A stretch of 64,000 nt of DNA, from NCBI RefSeq assembly GCF_035084215.1, contig NC_090357.1, positions 19,158,001 through 19,222,000 of the forward strand, given 5' to 3'. Of this stretch, positions 38,001 to 49,172 are shown one piece after another (within the stretch, counting starts at the first letter, position 1; each line of letters opens with the position of its first letter). Origin of the DNA: Heptranchias perlo (Eukaryota). Under the pieces are notes generated by a model that saw only the letters and a program-made list of their open reading frames with translations, was not told the DNA's origin and ran no database searches. A program made the position numbers and the translations under genes.

Positions 38001-40581
38001 AAGGCTTGGAGTGGCCTGGTGCACCACGGTCACAGTCACAGAAGATGTCATTTGTGACTTTGATTAGGGCTGTTACAGTGATGTGGCAGGGGTGGAAACC
38101 TGATTGGACAGATTCAAACAGAGCTACAGGAAAGATAGGTACAGATTTGGGAGATGAGAACACATTCAAAGAATTTGGCGGGGAAAGGGAGGTTGGAGAT
38201 AGGGCAGTCGTTTACAATGACAGAGAGGTCGAGGGTGAGTTTTTCGAGGAGAGGGTGACGAAATCGGTTTTAAAACAGTGAGGGATAGTACTTGAGGAGA
38301 GGGAATCATTTACAATGTCAGCTAGCATAGGGACCAAGAAGGAAAGTTGGATTATCAGTAATTTTGTGGGATTGATGTCTGCGAGGAGCTCAGAGACGGC
38401 ATGAGGGAAGATGGGAGAAAAACTAAGAAAGACAGGGGTTCAGGGCAGGAGGAAGCCTGGGGGGTCGGGGGTGGTTAGGCTTGGTAAGCATAGAGAAGTA
38501 GCAGAAGCAGCTGAATGGATGGTCTCAGTCTTAGTGACTAAGAAGTCCATGAGCTCCTCACCCTTGTTGTTGAAGGTGAGGGTGAATGGGGGCAGGAGTG
38601 AGGTGTTTAAAGAGATAGTTAGTAGTGGAGAAAAGAAGAATGAATTAAATGCCAAGACTGTAGACTGAAGTAAATAAACCAAACACATGAACTCAGGACA
38701 AGTGCACTTAGAGATGCTATCTGGTGTATATAACTTACAAATGATACATTTGAGATGTGGCCGTTTACTGGAACTTCACACTAACAAAGCACAATTCAGA
38801 GAGAAAGGAGAAAATCTAATCACAGTAGCACTAGAGACTATAGACACAAAGGGCTCAATTTTGAAATGGTGGCAGGTTGGCAGCGGGGGGGTGAAGATGC
38901 AGTGGCAAACCTGAATTTAAAAAAACTTACCGTTTCTGAAGCGATCGCAATGTAATTGATGGTGATTAAAGTTGTTTCCGGGTTTCACGCCCGGCAGCCA
39001 GCCTGATTGACAGGCTGGCTGCCGACAGAAACTGAAACACCGAGGGGGTTGGGGGGGAAAGAGAGAAAGAGAAAGAGAGAGCGAGACGAGTCATCCAGCG
39101 CTGGAACGGAAGATCGGGGGGGGGGGGGCGGGGAGGGGGAAGATCAGCGGGGGGGGAGGGCGGTGGAAAGAGTGGAAGATTAGGGCGACATCGGGGGGAG
39201 GGGGAAAGAGGGGGAGATCGGAGAGGGAGATATCGGACATCAGAGCAGGTTGGAAAGGTAGGTTGATTTTGTGTTTTAACTTTGTGCAATGGTTTGTTAT
39301 TTCATTTATTTTTTTTTCTTTTTGCCTGATCTGGCCAGGCGAGAATCAGAAGCCGTGGGAAAGCCGCCCAGGTAAGTTAAAAATCATTCTAACTACCTAA
39401 TATGTCACAAGTAAAATGCCTTAAGTATCTCAATGAGGTACATTTGGTTCTTTAACTATGATCCCGCCGGCTTTAATAGCGCACACAGGTGGGTTTGTGG
39501 GAAACTCGGAAGTCAGCGGGCTGGAGCCGGCTTCTGAACCTGCTCTGCCTTTCTGCAATTTTCGCAGCCCCGCCCCCCCCCGCCCCGGCAATTTAAATTT
39601 AAAATTGAGCCCAAAATGTTAGTTTGTCTGAACCCTGAGTTTTGTCAAAGGTATTTGTTTTTGGCTATAAACTGACATGGTAGAGATAATAGCGTCAAAT
39701 ACATTCCACTTAATTTCAAATTTTGTTTGGCACCATTTATGGTTTTAATAGTCATTAAGATAAATCAATGGTCATTACACCAACAGATACAGAATTTATT
39801 AAATGTCATTTTAACATTGCATTTGATGCTAAAATTTCATCTCCAAGGAGAATACTGCACAGTTACATTCTCCACCCAGCTCCTCCACGCCATCCCGAAC
39901 AACTTTTAGTCATTCCTACAACGTAATTATCTGCTCTCCAACATACCATCACAAATAATATTCATTTCATTCCCCTCAGAGCACAGATCATTTAGCTTCA
40001 CGTTATAACTCAGAGGCAGAAGTATTGGCATCATGGTTTTAGAAGCAATAAGCCACTCAAATCCACCAGACCTCAGCGAGGATTTGATAAATTAAATTAC
40101 AGGACAATAACTTGGTTGGATTATCAGAAAACCATTTTTTCAGCTAATCTAGTCCTAGAACTTTTATTTCAAAATGTGGACATGCAAAAGACATAGCAAA
40201 TCATCCTTTGACATGAAAGCTTGAATTACCTGGTCAGCAATATTGGCAGCTAATCACGGTCTGATGAGTTAATTCATCGTTGGCACAGTGAAGGTTAAAT
40301 GGATTGGGTGGAATCATTGACAGGGTAGTTTGTACTATGTCTATGGAAGAAGCTGATTTGATGGACTAAATTACCTTGCTTATTCTGTGCTTTATGTTCT
40401 TAGATCACCTTTAAATGAGCTTCACTGCAGCAGAATGATAGAATCATCCCTCACAGGTTTGCCATTTTGTTTACCCATTAGGAATTCAAAGGAACAGGGG
40501 AACCAATGGAGAGCGGTTGAAAGTGACAAAGTAGAAGATGTTGATGCTCAAAAGGACGAAATAACATCCTCAGAATTCTGA
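19996..40581 (+). CDS. Ig-superfamily receptor, leader-VJ-C1-C2/I-TM-cytoplasmic, 427 aa, join(19996..20053,28428..28775,31337..31681,33464..33787,35861..35944,37086..37110,40482..40581)
   Basis: All junctions are GT-AG. The first five introns are phase 1 and the last is phase 2. The exons sum to 1284 nt with no internal stop. The three Ig exons and the TM exon are firm; the leader and tail exons are less certain. Confidence 0.8.
20670..21038 (+). pseudogene. Decayed duplicate of the VJ exon (pseudo-exon) in intron 1
   Basis: Pieces translate as NCIFNYTASETDWIHTVWYR, NSVACSSDIESGILSSCVRLLKID and DRRGQGIWLEIY, matching the exon at 28428-28775. It has frameshifts, stops and no donor site. Confidence 0.88.
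21418..21710 (-). mobile_element. CR1 LINE 3' end
   Basis: Reverse complement of the CR1 tail seen at 4020-4250 (aagaagtttctcctgaattcc, ggccattcagcccaa). Confidence 0.75.
22620..23002 (-). mobile_element. Deu-domain tRNA SINE (SacSINE1-like)
   Basis: Reverse complement of the Deu core (gacggcacctccgacagtgcagcactccctcagtactgca) and of the B box. Confidence 0.8.
23020..23925 (+). mobile_element. CR1 LINE 3' fragment
   Basis: Starts at KFADDTKL, includes ORF 23410-23667 and ends in the tail tatgattctatga. Confidence 0.85.
24203..26952. mobile_element. Penelope-type element with inverted terminal arms, split by Harbinger copy C
   Basis: The arm 24235-24303 plus 26641-26690 is the reverse complement of 26830-26950 (aataaaagcagaaaatgctggaaatac). 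Each arm has a hammerhead-like core. Confidence 0.65.
24307..26637 (-). mobile_element. PIF/Harbinger copy C, non-autonomous (two internal deletions)
   Basis: Termini GGGCCCGATATTA and GAAAATTGACCCC with flanks agt/aat. Myb exon 1 is open (24552-24791). Exon 2 is fused into late exon 3 near 25131. The transposase deletion matches copy A. Confidence 0.9.
28428..28775 (+). CDS. V-set Ig exon with germline-joined J-like strand
   Basis: VTQP...SITINC...TVWYR...LKIENV...DSNYTC...RGPGTRLHV. Acceptor ccattag and donor G|gtaaat; 348 bp, phase 1-1. Confidence 0.93.
29510..29915 (+). mobile_element. L2 LINE fragments
   Basis: LSDIKLWIGQNF...KTEAILFG, similar to the L2 at 37254-38630. Confidence 0.6.
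30020..30602 (+). mobile_element. LINE 3' end (CR1/L2 group, second family)
   Basis: ORF 30025-30354 IYKAQVRSVMEYSPLAW...KKLDTIQDKAARLI, ending in gaataaaaaa. Confidence 0.8.
31337..31681 (+). CDS. C1-set Ig exon
   Basis: LYCLAGGFYPQNISIKW, NSDGTFNV and TCQVHH are C1-set hallmarks. Acceptor ttacag and donor T|gtaagt; 345 bp. Confidence 0.93.
33001..33258 (-). mobile_element. CR1 LINE 3' end
   Basis: RLVEVWNTLPQKAM...FKSEIDRFL in ORF 33083-33334; similar to 42311-42560. Confidence 0.8.
33464..33787 (+). CDS. C2/I-set Ig exon
   Basis: YGP...LELNCTADSNPASTVIW...DSGEYICRAHN. Acceptor ttcag and donor A|gtaagt; 324 bp. Confidence 0.9.
35861..35944 (+). CDS. Transmembrane exon
   Basis: SSFPVRTVTMPIFVVSVILLLIWASRWK. 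Strong acceptor ttttctgttcctttacag and donor AAG|gtaaat; phase 1-1. Confidence 0.85.
37086..37110 (+). CDS. Cytoplasmic mini-exon (DKYCPRNCG)
   Basis: Acceptor ttatttcacag and donor GG|gtaagt; 25 bp, phase 1-2. Confidence 0.7.
37254..38630 (-). mobile_element. L2 LINE ORF2 fragment (intronic)
   Basis: ORF 37345-38169 contains QSGFHPCH, ALIKVTND and HAFVTSRFDYCNALLAG. Confidence 0.85.
38851..39612. mobile_element. Harbinger-related MITE (762 bp)
   Basis: Perfect 12-bp TIR GGGCTCAATTTT / AAAATTGAGCCC and TSD AAA. Subterminal ggttggcagcgggggg and atcccgccggctttaat are shared with the coding copies. Confidence 0.85.
40482..40581 (+). CDS. Probable terminal cytoplasmic exon (NSKEQGNQWRAVESDKVEDVDAQKDEITSSEF*)
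   Basis: Acceptor ttttgtttacccattag, phase-2 compatible with 37110, lying in a unique non-repeat stretch. Confidence 0.55.
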
Positions 40582-40769
40582 GCATCGAGGGAATCTCATT
40601 CACAAGCTCTTCATCTTTTTTTTTACAAAGTACCATTTAGACCAGAATCTCTTTTGTGCTGAGCCCCCACTTTCAGAGACTCATGTCCCATGTGTACCCC
40701 CTCCCCTTTTCTAAGAAACAGTATTTTTGTACAGAACAAGAGAATATTATTTTCTTGGCGAATATAACA

Positions 40770-41985
40770 TCTGTGGATGTGGTTTATTTGGATTTTCAGA
40801 AGGCCTTTGATAAAGTACCATGTAAGAAGTTAGTGTGCAAAATTAAAGCACATGGGATTGGCGGTAATATACTGGCATGGATTGAAAATTGGTTAACGCA
40901 CAGGAAACAGAGAGTAGGAATAAATGGGTCTTTTTCGGGGTGGCAGGCAGTGACTAGTGGGGTACCGCAGGGATCGTTGCTTGGGCCCCAGCTATTCACA
41001 ATATATATCAATGATTTGGATGAGGGAACCAAATGTAATATTTCCAAGTTTGCTGATGACACAAAACTAGGTGGGATTGTGAGCTGTGAGGTGGATGCAA
41101 AGAGGCTTCAATGTGATTTAGACAAGTTGAGTGAGTGGGCAAATACATGGCAGATGCAGTATAACGTGGATAAATGTGAAGTTATCCACTTCGGAAGGAA
41201 AAACAGAAATGGCAGAGTGTTATATAAATGGTGTTAGATTGGGAAATGTTGATGTACAAAGCGACCTGGGTGTCCTTGTACACCAGTCACTGAAAGCAAA
41301 CATGCAGGTGCAGCAAGCAGTTAGGAAGGCAAATGGTACGTTGGCCTTCATTGCAAGAGGATTTGAGTACAGGAGCAAGGATGTCTTACTGCAGTTATAC
41401 AGGGCCTTGGTGAGACCACATCTGGAGAATTGTGTGCAGTTTTGGTCTCCTTACCTAAGAAAGGATATACTTGCCATAGAAGGAGTGCAGTGAAGGCTCA
41501 CCGGACTGATTCCTGGGATGGCAGGACCATCGTATGAGGAGAGATTGGTTTGACTCGGCCTGTATTCACTCGAGTTTAGAAGAATGAGAGGGGATCGCAT
41601 TGAAACATATAAAACTCTGACAGGGCTAGACAGACTGGATGCAGGGAGGATGTTTCCCCCGGTTGGGGGGTCCAGAACAAGGGGTCACAGTCTCAGGATA
41701 CGGGGTAGGACATTTAGGACTGAGATGAGGAGAAATTTCTTCACTCAGAGGGTGGTGAACCTGTGGATTTCTCTACCACAGAAGACTGTGGAGGCCAAGT
41801 CACTGAATATATTTAAGAAGGAGCTAGATAGATTTCTGGACACAAAAGGCATCAAGGGGTATGGGGAGAGACCGGGAATATGGTATTGAGATCGAGGATC
41901 AGCCACGATCATATTGAATGGCGGAGCAGGCTCGAAGGGCCGAATGGCCTACTCCTGCTCCTATTTTCGTTGTTTCTTTGTTTCT
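40770..41985 (+). mobile_element. CR1 LINE, 5'-truncated (RT to tail)
   Basis: YLDFQKAFDKV, SGVPQGSLLGP, KFADDTKL and a CR1 tail. Confidence 0.92.
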
Positions 41986-42310
41986 ATAATATTGCTCAAG
42001 ATCTCGCATCCCAACCCTTTGACAAAACAAAATTTTTGCCTAAAAAACTGCAAAGGCTCCTCTCATGGCACTGTTCTCTCAGCTAAGAGTGTTATAACGC
42101 ATAAAATGATGTTCTATTCCTCAATGATAAGCACAGGCTCATCCTGCTGATTTAGTTCATTTCATTTTATTTAATTACCAGTGCAAAAAATGTAATTGCA
42201 TTCTAGGGAGGAGATGGCTGCATAATTGAATGGAAACATTTCTTTCCACAGGCCTGAAAACAAACTCAGTCATTACTATGCAAAGTGAAAATGACCCAAA
42301 AGCTTATACG

Positions 42311-45300
42311 TAGGAACAAAGGAACAGGAGTAGGCCATTCAGTCCCTCGAGCCCGTTCCGCCATTTGATAAGATCATGGTTGATCTGTGATCTAACTCCA
42401 TATACCTGCCTTTGGTCCCTTAATACCTTTGGTTGGCAAAAAGCTATCTATCTCAGATTTAAAATTATCAATTGAGCTGGCATCAATTGCCGTTTGTGGA
42501 AGAGAGTTCCAAACTTCTACCATCCTTTGTGTGTAGAAATGTTTTCTAATCTCACTCCTGAAAGGTTTGGCTCTAATTTTTAGACTGTGCCCCCTACTCC
42601 TGGAATCCCCAACCAGCAGAAATTATTTTTCTCTATCCACCCTATCTGTTCCCCTTAATATCTTATAAACTTCGATCAGATCACCCCTTAACCTTTGAAA
42701 CTCTAGAGAATACAACCCCAATTTGTGTAATCTCTCCTCATAACTTAACCCTTGAAGTCCGGGTATCATTCTAGTGAACCTACGCTGCACTCCCTCCAAG
42801 GCCAATATGTCCTTCCGAAGGTGCGGTGCCCAGAACTGCTCACAGTACTCCAGGTGCGGTCTAACCAGGGTTTTGTATAGCTGCAGCATAACTTCTGCCC
42901 CCTTGTACTCTAGTCCTCCATAGATATAAAGGCCAGCATTCCATTAGCCTTATTGATTATTTTCTGCACCTGTTCATGACACTTCAATGATCGATGTACC
43001 TGAACCCCTAAGTCCCTTTTACCATTTGGAAAGTACCCTGTTCTATCCTATTTTGGTCCAAAATGGATGACCTCACATTTGCCTACATTGAATTCCATTT
43101 GCCATAGTTTTGCCCATTCACCTAATCTATCAATATCCCTTTGTAAATTTGTGTTTTCATCTCCACTGCTTACAATGCCACCAATCTTTGTGTCATCGGC
43201 AAAATAGATATGAGACTTTCTATAACTTATCTAAGTCGTTAATAAATATTGTGAATAATTGAGGCCTCAAGGCAGATCCCTGCAGGACTCCACTAGTCAC
43301 ATCCTGCCAATATGAGTACCTACCCATTATCCCGACTCTCTGTCGCCTTTCGCTCAGCCAACTTCCTAACCAAGTCTGTACTTTTCTCTCGATTCCATGG
43401 GCTTCTATCTTCGCTAACAGTCTCTTATGAGGTATTTTATCAAATGCCTTCTGGAAGTCCATATAAATAACATCCATTGACATTCCCCTGCCCACTACTT
43501 TAGTCACCTCTTCAAAAAAATTCAATCAGGTTTGTCAGGCACGACCTACCTTTCACAAATCCATGCTGGCTCTCTCTGATTAACTGAAAATTTTCGAGGT
43601 GTTCAGTCACCCTATCCTTAATTATAGACTCCAGCATTTTCCCCACAACAGATGTTAGGCTAACTGGTCTATAATTCCCTGGTTTCCCTCTCTCTCCTGT
43701 CTTAAAAAGCGGAGTGACATGTGCAATTTTCCAATCTAGAGGGACGGTTCCTGAATCTAGAGAACTTTGAAAGATTATAGTTCGGGCATCTGCAATGTGC
43801 TCATCTATTTCCTTTAAAATCCTGGGATGGAAACCATCTGGTCCTGGGGATTTTTCACTCTTTAGTGCTATTATTTTCTTCATTACTGTTGTTTTACTTA
43901 TGTTAATTTTATTGAGTCCCTGTCCCCAATTCAATATTAGTTTTCTTGGGATTTCTGGCGTGCTATCCTCTGTGTCAGTACTTACAGTAGAAAAAAGTAA
44001 TTATTCATCATGTCTGCCATTTCCCCATTGTCAATGACAATATCCCCACTTTCAGTTTTTAAGGAGCCAACACTACTCCTGACCACTTTCTTTTTCCTAA
44101 AGTTCTTCGTATTGGTTTTGATATCCCTTGCAAGTTTCTTTTCATAATCTCTTTTTGTAGCTCTTACTATCTGTTTTGTGACCCTTTGTTGATCTTTGTA
44201 TCTTTCCCATTCGCCAGGATCTCTGCCATTTTTTGCCTTTTTGTACGCCCTTTCCTTATGTCTTATACTGTCCCTTACCTCTTTAGTTGTCCATGGCTAT
44301 TTTTTTTGGCAAGTAGAGTTCTTGCCCCTCAGGGGTATAAACCGGTTCTGTATCACGTTAAATGTTTCTTTAAACATTTCCCACCGATCATCAGTCGTTT
44401 TACCCATTAACAGATTTGCCCAGTTTACTGTGGACAGTCTCTGTCTCATCCCATTGAAGTCGGCCTTACCCAAGTCTAGAATCTTAGCAGCTGATTCACT
44501 TTTTTCCCTTTCAAACACTACCTTGAACTCGATCATGTTATAATCGCGATTGGATAGATGTTCACGCACAGTTAAGCTGTTAACTAGATCTGGTTCATTA
44601 CTCATAACTAAATCTAGTATGGCTTGCCCCCTTGTTGCCTCCAGGACATACTGCTGTAGAAAACTATCCCGGACACACTCAAGAAATTCACTACCTGACA
44701 GTTGCTAGTCTGCTTTTCCCAATCTATGTGAAGGTTAAAATCCCTCATTAAGACCACTATGCCTTTGTTACACACTTGTCGAATCTCTGCATTTGTACAA
44801 TGTAGCACTTCAGAGCTGCTGCCAGGGGTCCTTTACACAACTCCCACTATAGTCTTAGATCCTTTCCTATTTCTCAATTCAACCCATAAGGTCTCTGTTG
44901 GCTGCTTACCTCTCGTTATATCCTCCTTTATCATTGAAGTGATTTCATCTATAATCACTAAGGCTACTCCTTCCCCTCTTTCATTTTCCCCTATCTCTCC
45001 TGTGGACCTTATAACCTGATATATTTAGTTCCCAATCCTGACCATCCTGCAGCCATGTCTCAATAATAGCTATCATGTCATACCATCCAATTTGAATTTG
45101 TGCCTGTCGTTCATTTAATTTATTCCTTATACTCCGTGCGTTTGTATATAGAACTCTTAGTTGGGCCACACAGCCTAGCCTGTCCTTCAGCTTTGATGCT
45201 GGGTTAATCGCTTTACACCTTCTAGTTTTCACTTTATCTGTAGTGCCTAAAGTATACTCTCTTTCTGCTGCTCTACGCTTTTCCCTTTCACTTGTTCTTG

Positions 45301-46510
45301 AACAACTATTTGTACTATTTGTATTGTAAATTTCCCCTGGGTTTTCCACTCTCTTGCTGCTTTCAACTTTGCTCTCTTCTGACTCCCCGTTCAGGTTCCC
45401 ATCTCCCTGCCACTCTAGTTTAATCCCTCCCCAACAGCAGTAGCAAACCCCCCTGCGAGGATATTAGTCCCGGATCTGTTGAGGTGCAACCCATCCGGCT
45501 TGTACAGGTCCCACCTTCCCCAGAATCAGTCCCAATTCCTCAGGAATCTAAATCAATCTCTCCTGCACCAACCCTCCAGCCACGCATTCATCTGGTCTAT
45601 TCTCCTATTCCTATACTCACTAGCACGTGGCACTGGGAGTAATCCTGAGATTACTACCCTTGAGGTCCTGCTTTTTAACTTATTTCCTAACTCCTTATAT
45701 TCTGCTTGCAGGACCTCATCCCTCTTTTTTACCGATGTCGTTGGTACCAATATGTACTACGACCTCTGGCTGTTCACCCTCCCCCTTCAGAATGTCCTGC
45801 AGCCGCTCAGTGACATCCATGACCCTGACACCAGGGAGGCAACATACCATCCTGGAATCACGTTTGCGGCTGCAGAAACCAGTAGTTTTATGCTTCTAGC
45901 TTTTAATTCAATTTTATCCAATTCCCTAACTCGGAGAAAAAAAAGGCTGCGATACTCACCAGCCAATCACCTACCTGCTGTCCTGTGATGTCACTCCTTG
46001 TTTTTTCACCGATTGCCTCTCTGCTGGGCTGGAGCCTGTCGGTAGGCCCAGAGTGTAGGTAGGCCTTCGAGCCTGGGCCTTTAGTAGTGCTCCGAGTCCT
46101 GCGCTCTCTCCCAGGTCCACACCCGCCTGTAGCTCACCCCGAGTGTAGGTAGGCCTTCGAGCCTGGGCCTTTAGTAGTGCTCCGAGTCCTGCGCTCTCTC
46201 CCAGGTCCACACCCGCCTGTAGCTCACCCCGAGTGTAGGTAGGCCTTCGAGCCTGGGCCTTTAGTAGTGCTCCGAGTCCTGCGCTCTCTCCCAGGTCCGC
46301 TCCCGCCTGTAGCTCACCCCGAGTGTAGGTAGGCCTTCGAGCCTGGGCCTTTAGTAGTGCTCCGAGTCCTGCGCTCTCTCCCAGGTCCACGCCCGCCTGT
46401 AGCTCACCCCGAGTGTAGGTAGGCCTTCGAGCCTGGGCCTTTAGTAGTACTCCGAGTCCTGCGCTCTCTCCCAGGTCCGCTCCCGCCTGTAGCTCCGCTC
46501 CGAGTGTACG
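42311..46510 (-). mobile_element. Near-full-length CR1 LINE: 5' tandem monomers, partial ORF1 (SGNH-esterase type) and frameshifted ORF2 (APE + RT)
   Basis: ORF1 RVVISGLLPVPRA...NAWL (45553-45750). APE YTNARSIRNK...IETWL (44981-45349). RT GPDGFHP, NYRPVSLTS, QHGF and DFQKAFD (43220-43934). Confidence 0.92.
46051..46500. repeat. Tandem array of 5 x 90 bp at the CR1 5' end
   Basis: Unit gagtgtaggtaggccttcgagcctgggcctttagtagt... starts at 46051, 46141, 46231, 46321 and 46411, with few substitutions between units. Confidence 0.95.
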
Positions 46511-49172
46511 CAACACCTTCCTGAGAAATGGATACATTCTCGATCACTCAGCTCCCCACGAGAAATAGTTACTAAAACCGACCAACTTAAAAATTCTATC
46601 AAGTTCTGGATATGGAACATCATTATTACAACAGTATTTGTAGATCCTCAATTGTGTAAACTTTATCCACATAAAACTGCAGCCATACAAAACTTAAGGC
46701 AGCGATGGCAGATTCACCTCAACCATCCCCTCTCGTCCCCCACCGCCTTCAATTTTCTCCCCTTACCTCCTGAAGATAGAATCTCGCACTGGAATACCAG
46801 TTTCATAGGCATTACCAGTCCTCCTGCACTTTGCCTAAATGACCATTCTTCACATTTCAGCTCGGACAGTGTGCTGACTGCCTCGCGATGGAGTGGTCTC
46901 CTTTCCAAAATTTTTTGGCTAGCAGTTTGCATGTCCAAGTTTGCAGTTAAAATCAATGGATTCAAATTTCCCAGCTTCTATCCACAATGTGCCTGGGATG
47001 GGATGGCTGATTGGAAAGAAAAGAAAGAAACTCCTGCTCCACTCTGTAATCTTGAATATCAGCGAGGGGGCCTGAAACAGGCATCAGGCCCTTCATTTAC
47101 ATATGTAAGGGGCCTAACACCTGTTTTAGGTGGCCAACAGGGACCCCTAAAAAATCTCCCAAATGTCTTTATGGCATCCTTTGGGTGCGGAACGTTTGTC
47201 CCAAAATTGGCTCTCGTTGCGCCCATTTTACACCCATGAAATGAGGTCCAATTTTGACCCCATGAGCTTTAAAGGGTGCAAGATATTACAGTGGTCAACA
47301 GTCTTCTTTTGGGTATGCCATCCTGTGGATGTCTGACAGCCTAATACAATCATGGGAGATACATATTTGATGTCCTTTGTTTCTGGTTGAACTTCAAAGG
47401 AGTTCTGACAAGTATCTCATGCAGGCTAGCCCAATTCATAAGTCCCTCACATGCTATTAGAAAGCGAGGCAACTGGCTACTGGGGGAGGGGGATGCTGGG
47501 GACAGGAGAGTGTTATGCATTAAATTCTATGTAGCGTCATTGTTAGGCAATGTTATCAGATCAAGTTTTATGGCAACCTTTAGTACAGGAATTGTGGTTC
47601 TTTGTTATTTCCCATGTTCTGAGGAGGTATAGCTGGGAGGCGGGGAGAACCATGTAGAAGAAACAGTGACATTTGCATATATTGCTGCAAATTTACTGTT
47701 ATTTTTGGTGATGTCACTTCCAGGATTGTTTTGATAATATTTCTACAGAACAGATTTGGAAGAAAAGTTACTTTTAATGTTTTTTTTTCAAGCAATGTGT
47801 ATTCTCATGAGTTGTTTTTTATTATTAAAAAAGGCATTTAGATGAAAGGTGGTTAGCGTGCCAAACAGTTGTTTCCCCAGAGACTAAACACTAATCAATT
47901 CATCATCATTTACTGGACTAGTAATCCAGAGAATGTGACTTCAAATCCCACCATGGCAGTTTGAGAATTTGAATTCAATTAAGAAAGAACAAAATTTGAA
48001 AATAAAAAGCTGGCAGCAGTAAAAAGTAACCATGAAGCTGTTGGATTGTCGTTAAAAACTCAACTGGTTCACTAATGTCCTTTAGGAAGGAAACCTGCCG
48101 TCCTTACCCAGTCTGGTCGATATGTCTGTGACTCTAGTCCCACACCAACGTGGTTGACTCTTAACTGCCCTCTGATGTGGCCTAGCAAGCCACTCCATTG
48201 CATCAAACCGCTAGAAAGGAACAAATGAATAAAACTGGATGAACCACTTGGCTGTGAGTAAGGACATGACAAAGGCATTCCCAGCCCAAACAACCCTGCA
48301 AAGTCCTCCTCATTAACATCAGGGGACTGGTGTCAAAGTTGGGAGAACTGTCTCACAGACTAGTCAAATAACAGCCGGACATAGTTATACTTACAGAATC
48401 ATACCTATCAGCCAACGGATAGACATTGTGGGGGGAAGGGAGCAATTGGCTCTGGGAGTTCTCAACGTTGACTCTAGATCTCATGAAATCTCATGGCTTC
48501 AGGTAAAACGTGGGCAAGGAAACCCTACTGCTGATAACCACCTCCCGCCCTCCCTCAGCTGATGAACCAGTCGTTCTCCATGTTGAACACCACTTGGAGG
48601 AAGCACTGAGGGTAGCAGGGGTATAGAATGTACTCCAGGGGGTCGATTTTAGGATGGCCGAGCGGGTGCATTGGGGGTGGGGGGCTCGTAAAATCGGGGA
48701 ATCCCGGACCGGGTCTGGAGCCCAGCTCCAACCTGCCCACTTCCAGGTTCCCCAGTGACGCGTTCGGGTGCGCGCAGCTCCCGCATGCGGGACTCCCACC
48801 GGCAATTAAAGCCAGCGGGATGACAATTTAAACACTTACTTGCCTGGTTGAGGTCCTTGACAGACCTCATTGACAGGAGATTTTGGCAGGGGTGGAACTT
48901 TCAAGTATTCTCTGCGTGTTTCCCGTGCTGTGGGAAACACTCCCTGTTTAAGCAGATGTGTTTCAGCCAGCAGCCAGTGGGAGATGCAAAGGATTATTTG
49001 ACAGGTGGGGGGAAAACCTCATTTATTGCAGCAGGGCACTCTGTCACTTCAGACAAAGTTTTGGCTGCAAGATCTTTATCTTTACACTCAAAATTATTAA
49101 TTTATACCCTAAACTCTGCTGTCCAAACACACTTACCTACTTTGCGGACCCCCTCAAACTCACACCGTCAGG

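Noticed and set aside
46051-46500. CRISPR-like array
   Set aside because: Head-to-tail units with no unique spacers, in eukaryotic DNA.
45971-46537. 188-aa ORF with 30-aa repeats
   Set aside because: It stays open because the 90-bp unit is a multiple of three and stop-free in that frame. No other sign of coding.
47465-47500. NWLLGEGD resembling the transposase WLLGDKG motif
   Set aside because: Isolated short match with no flanking similarity.
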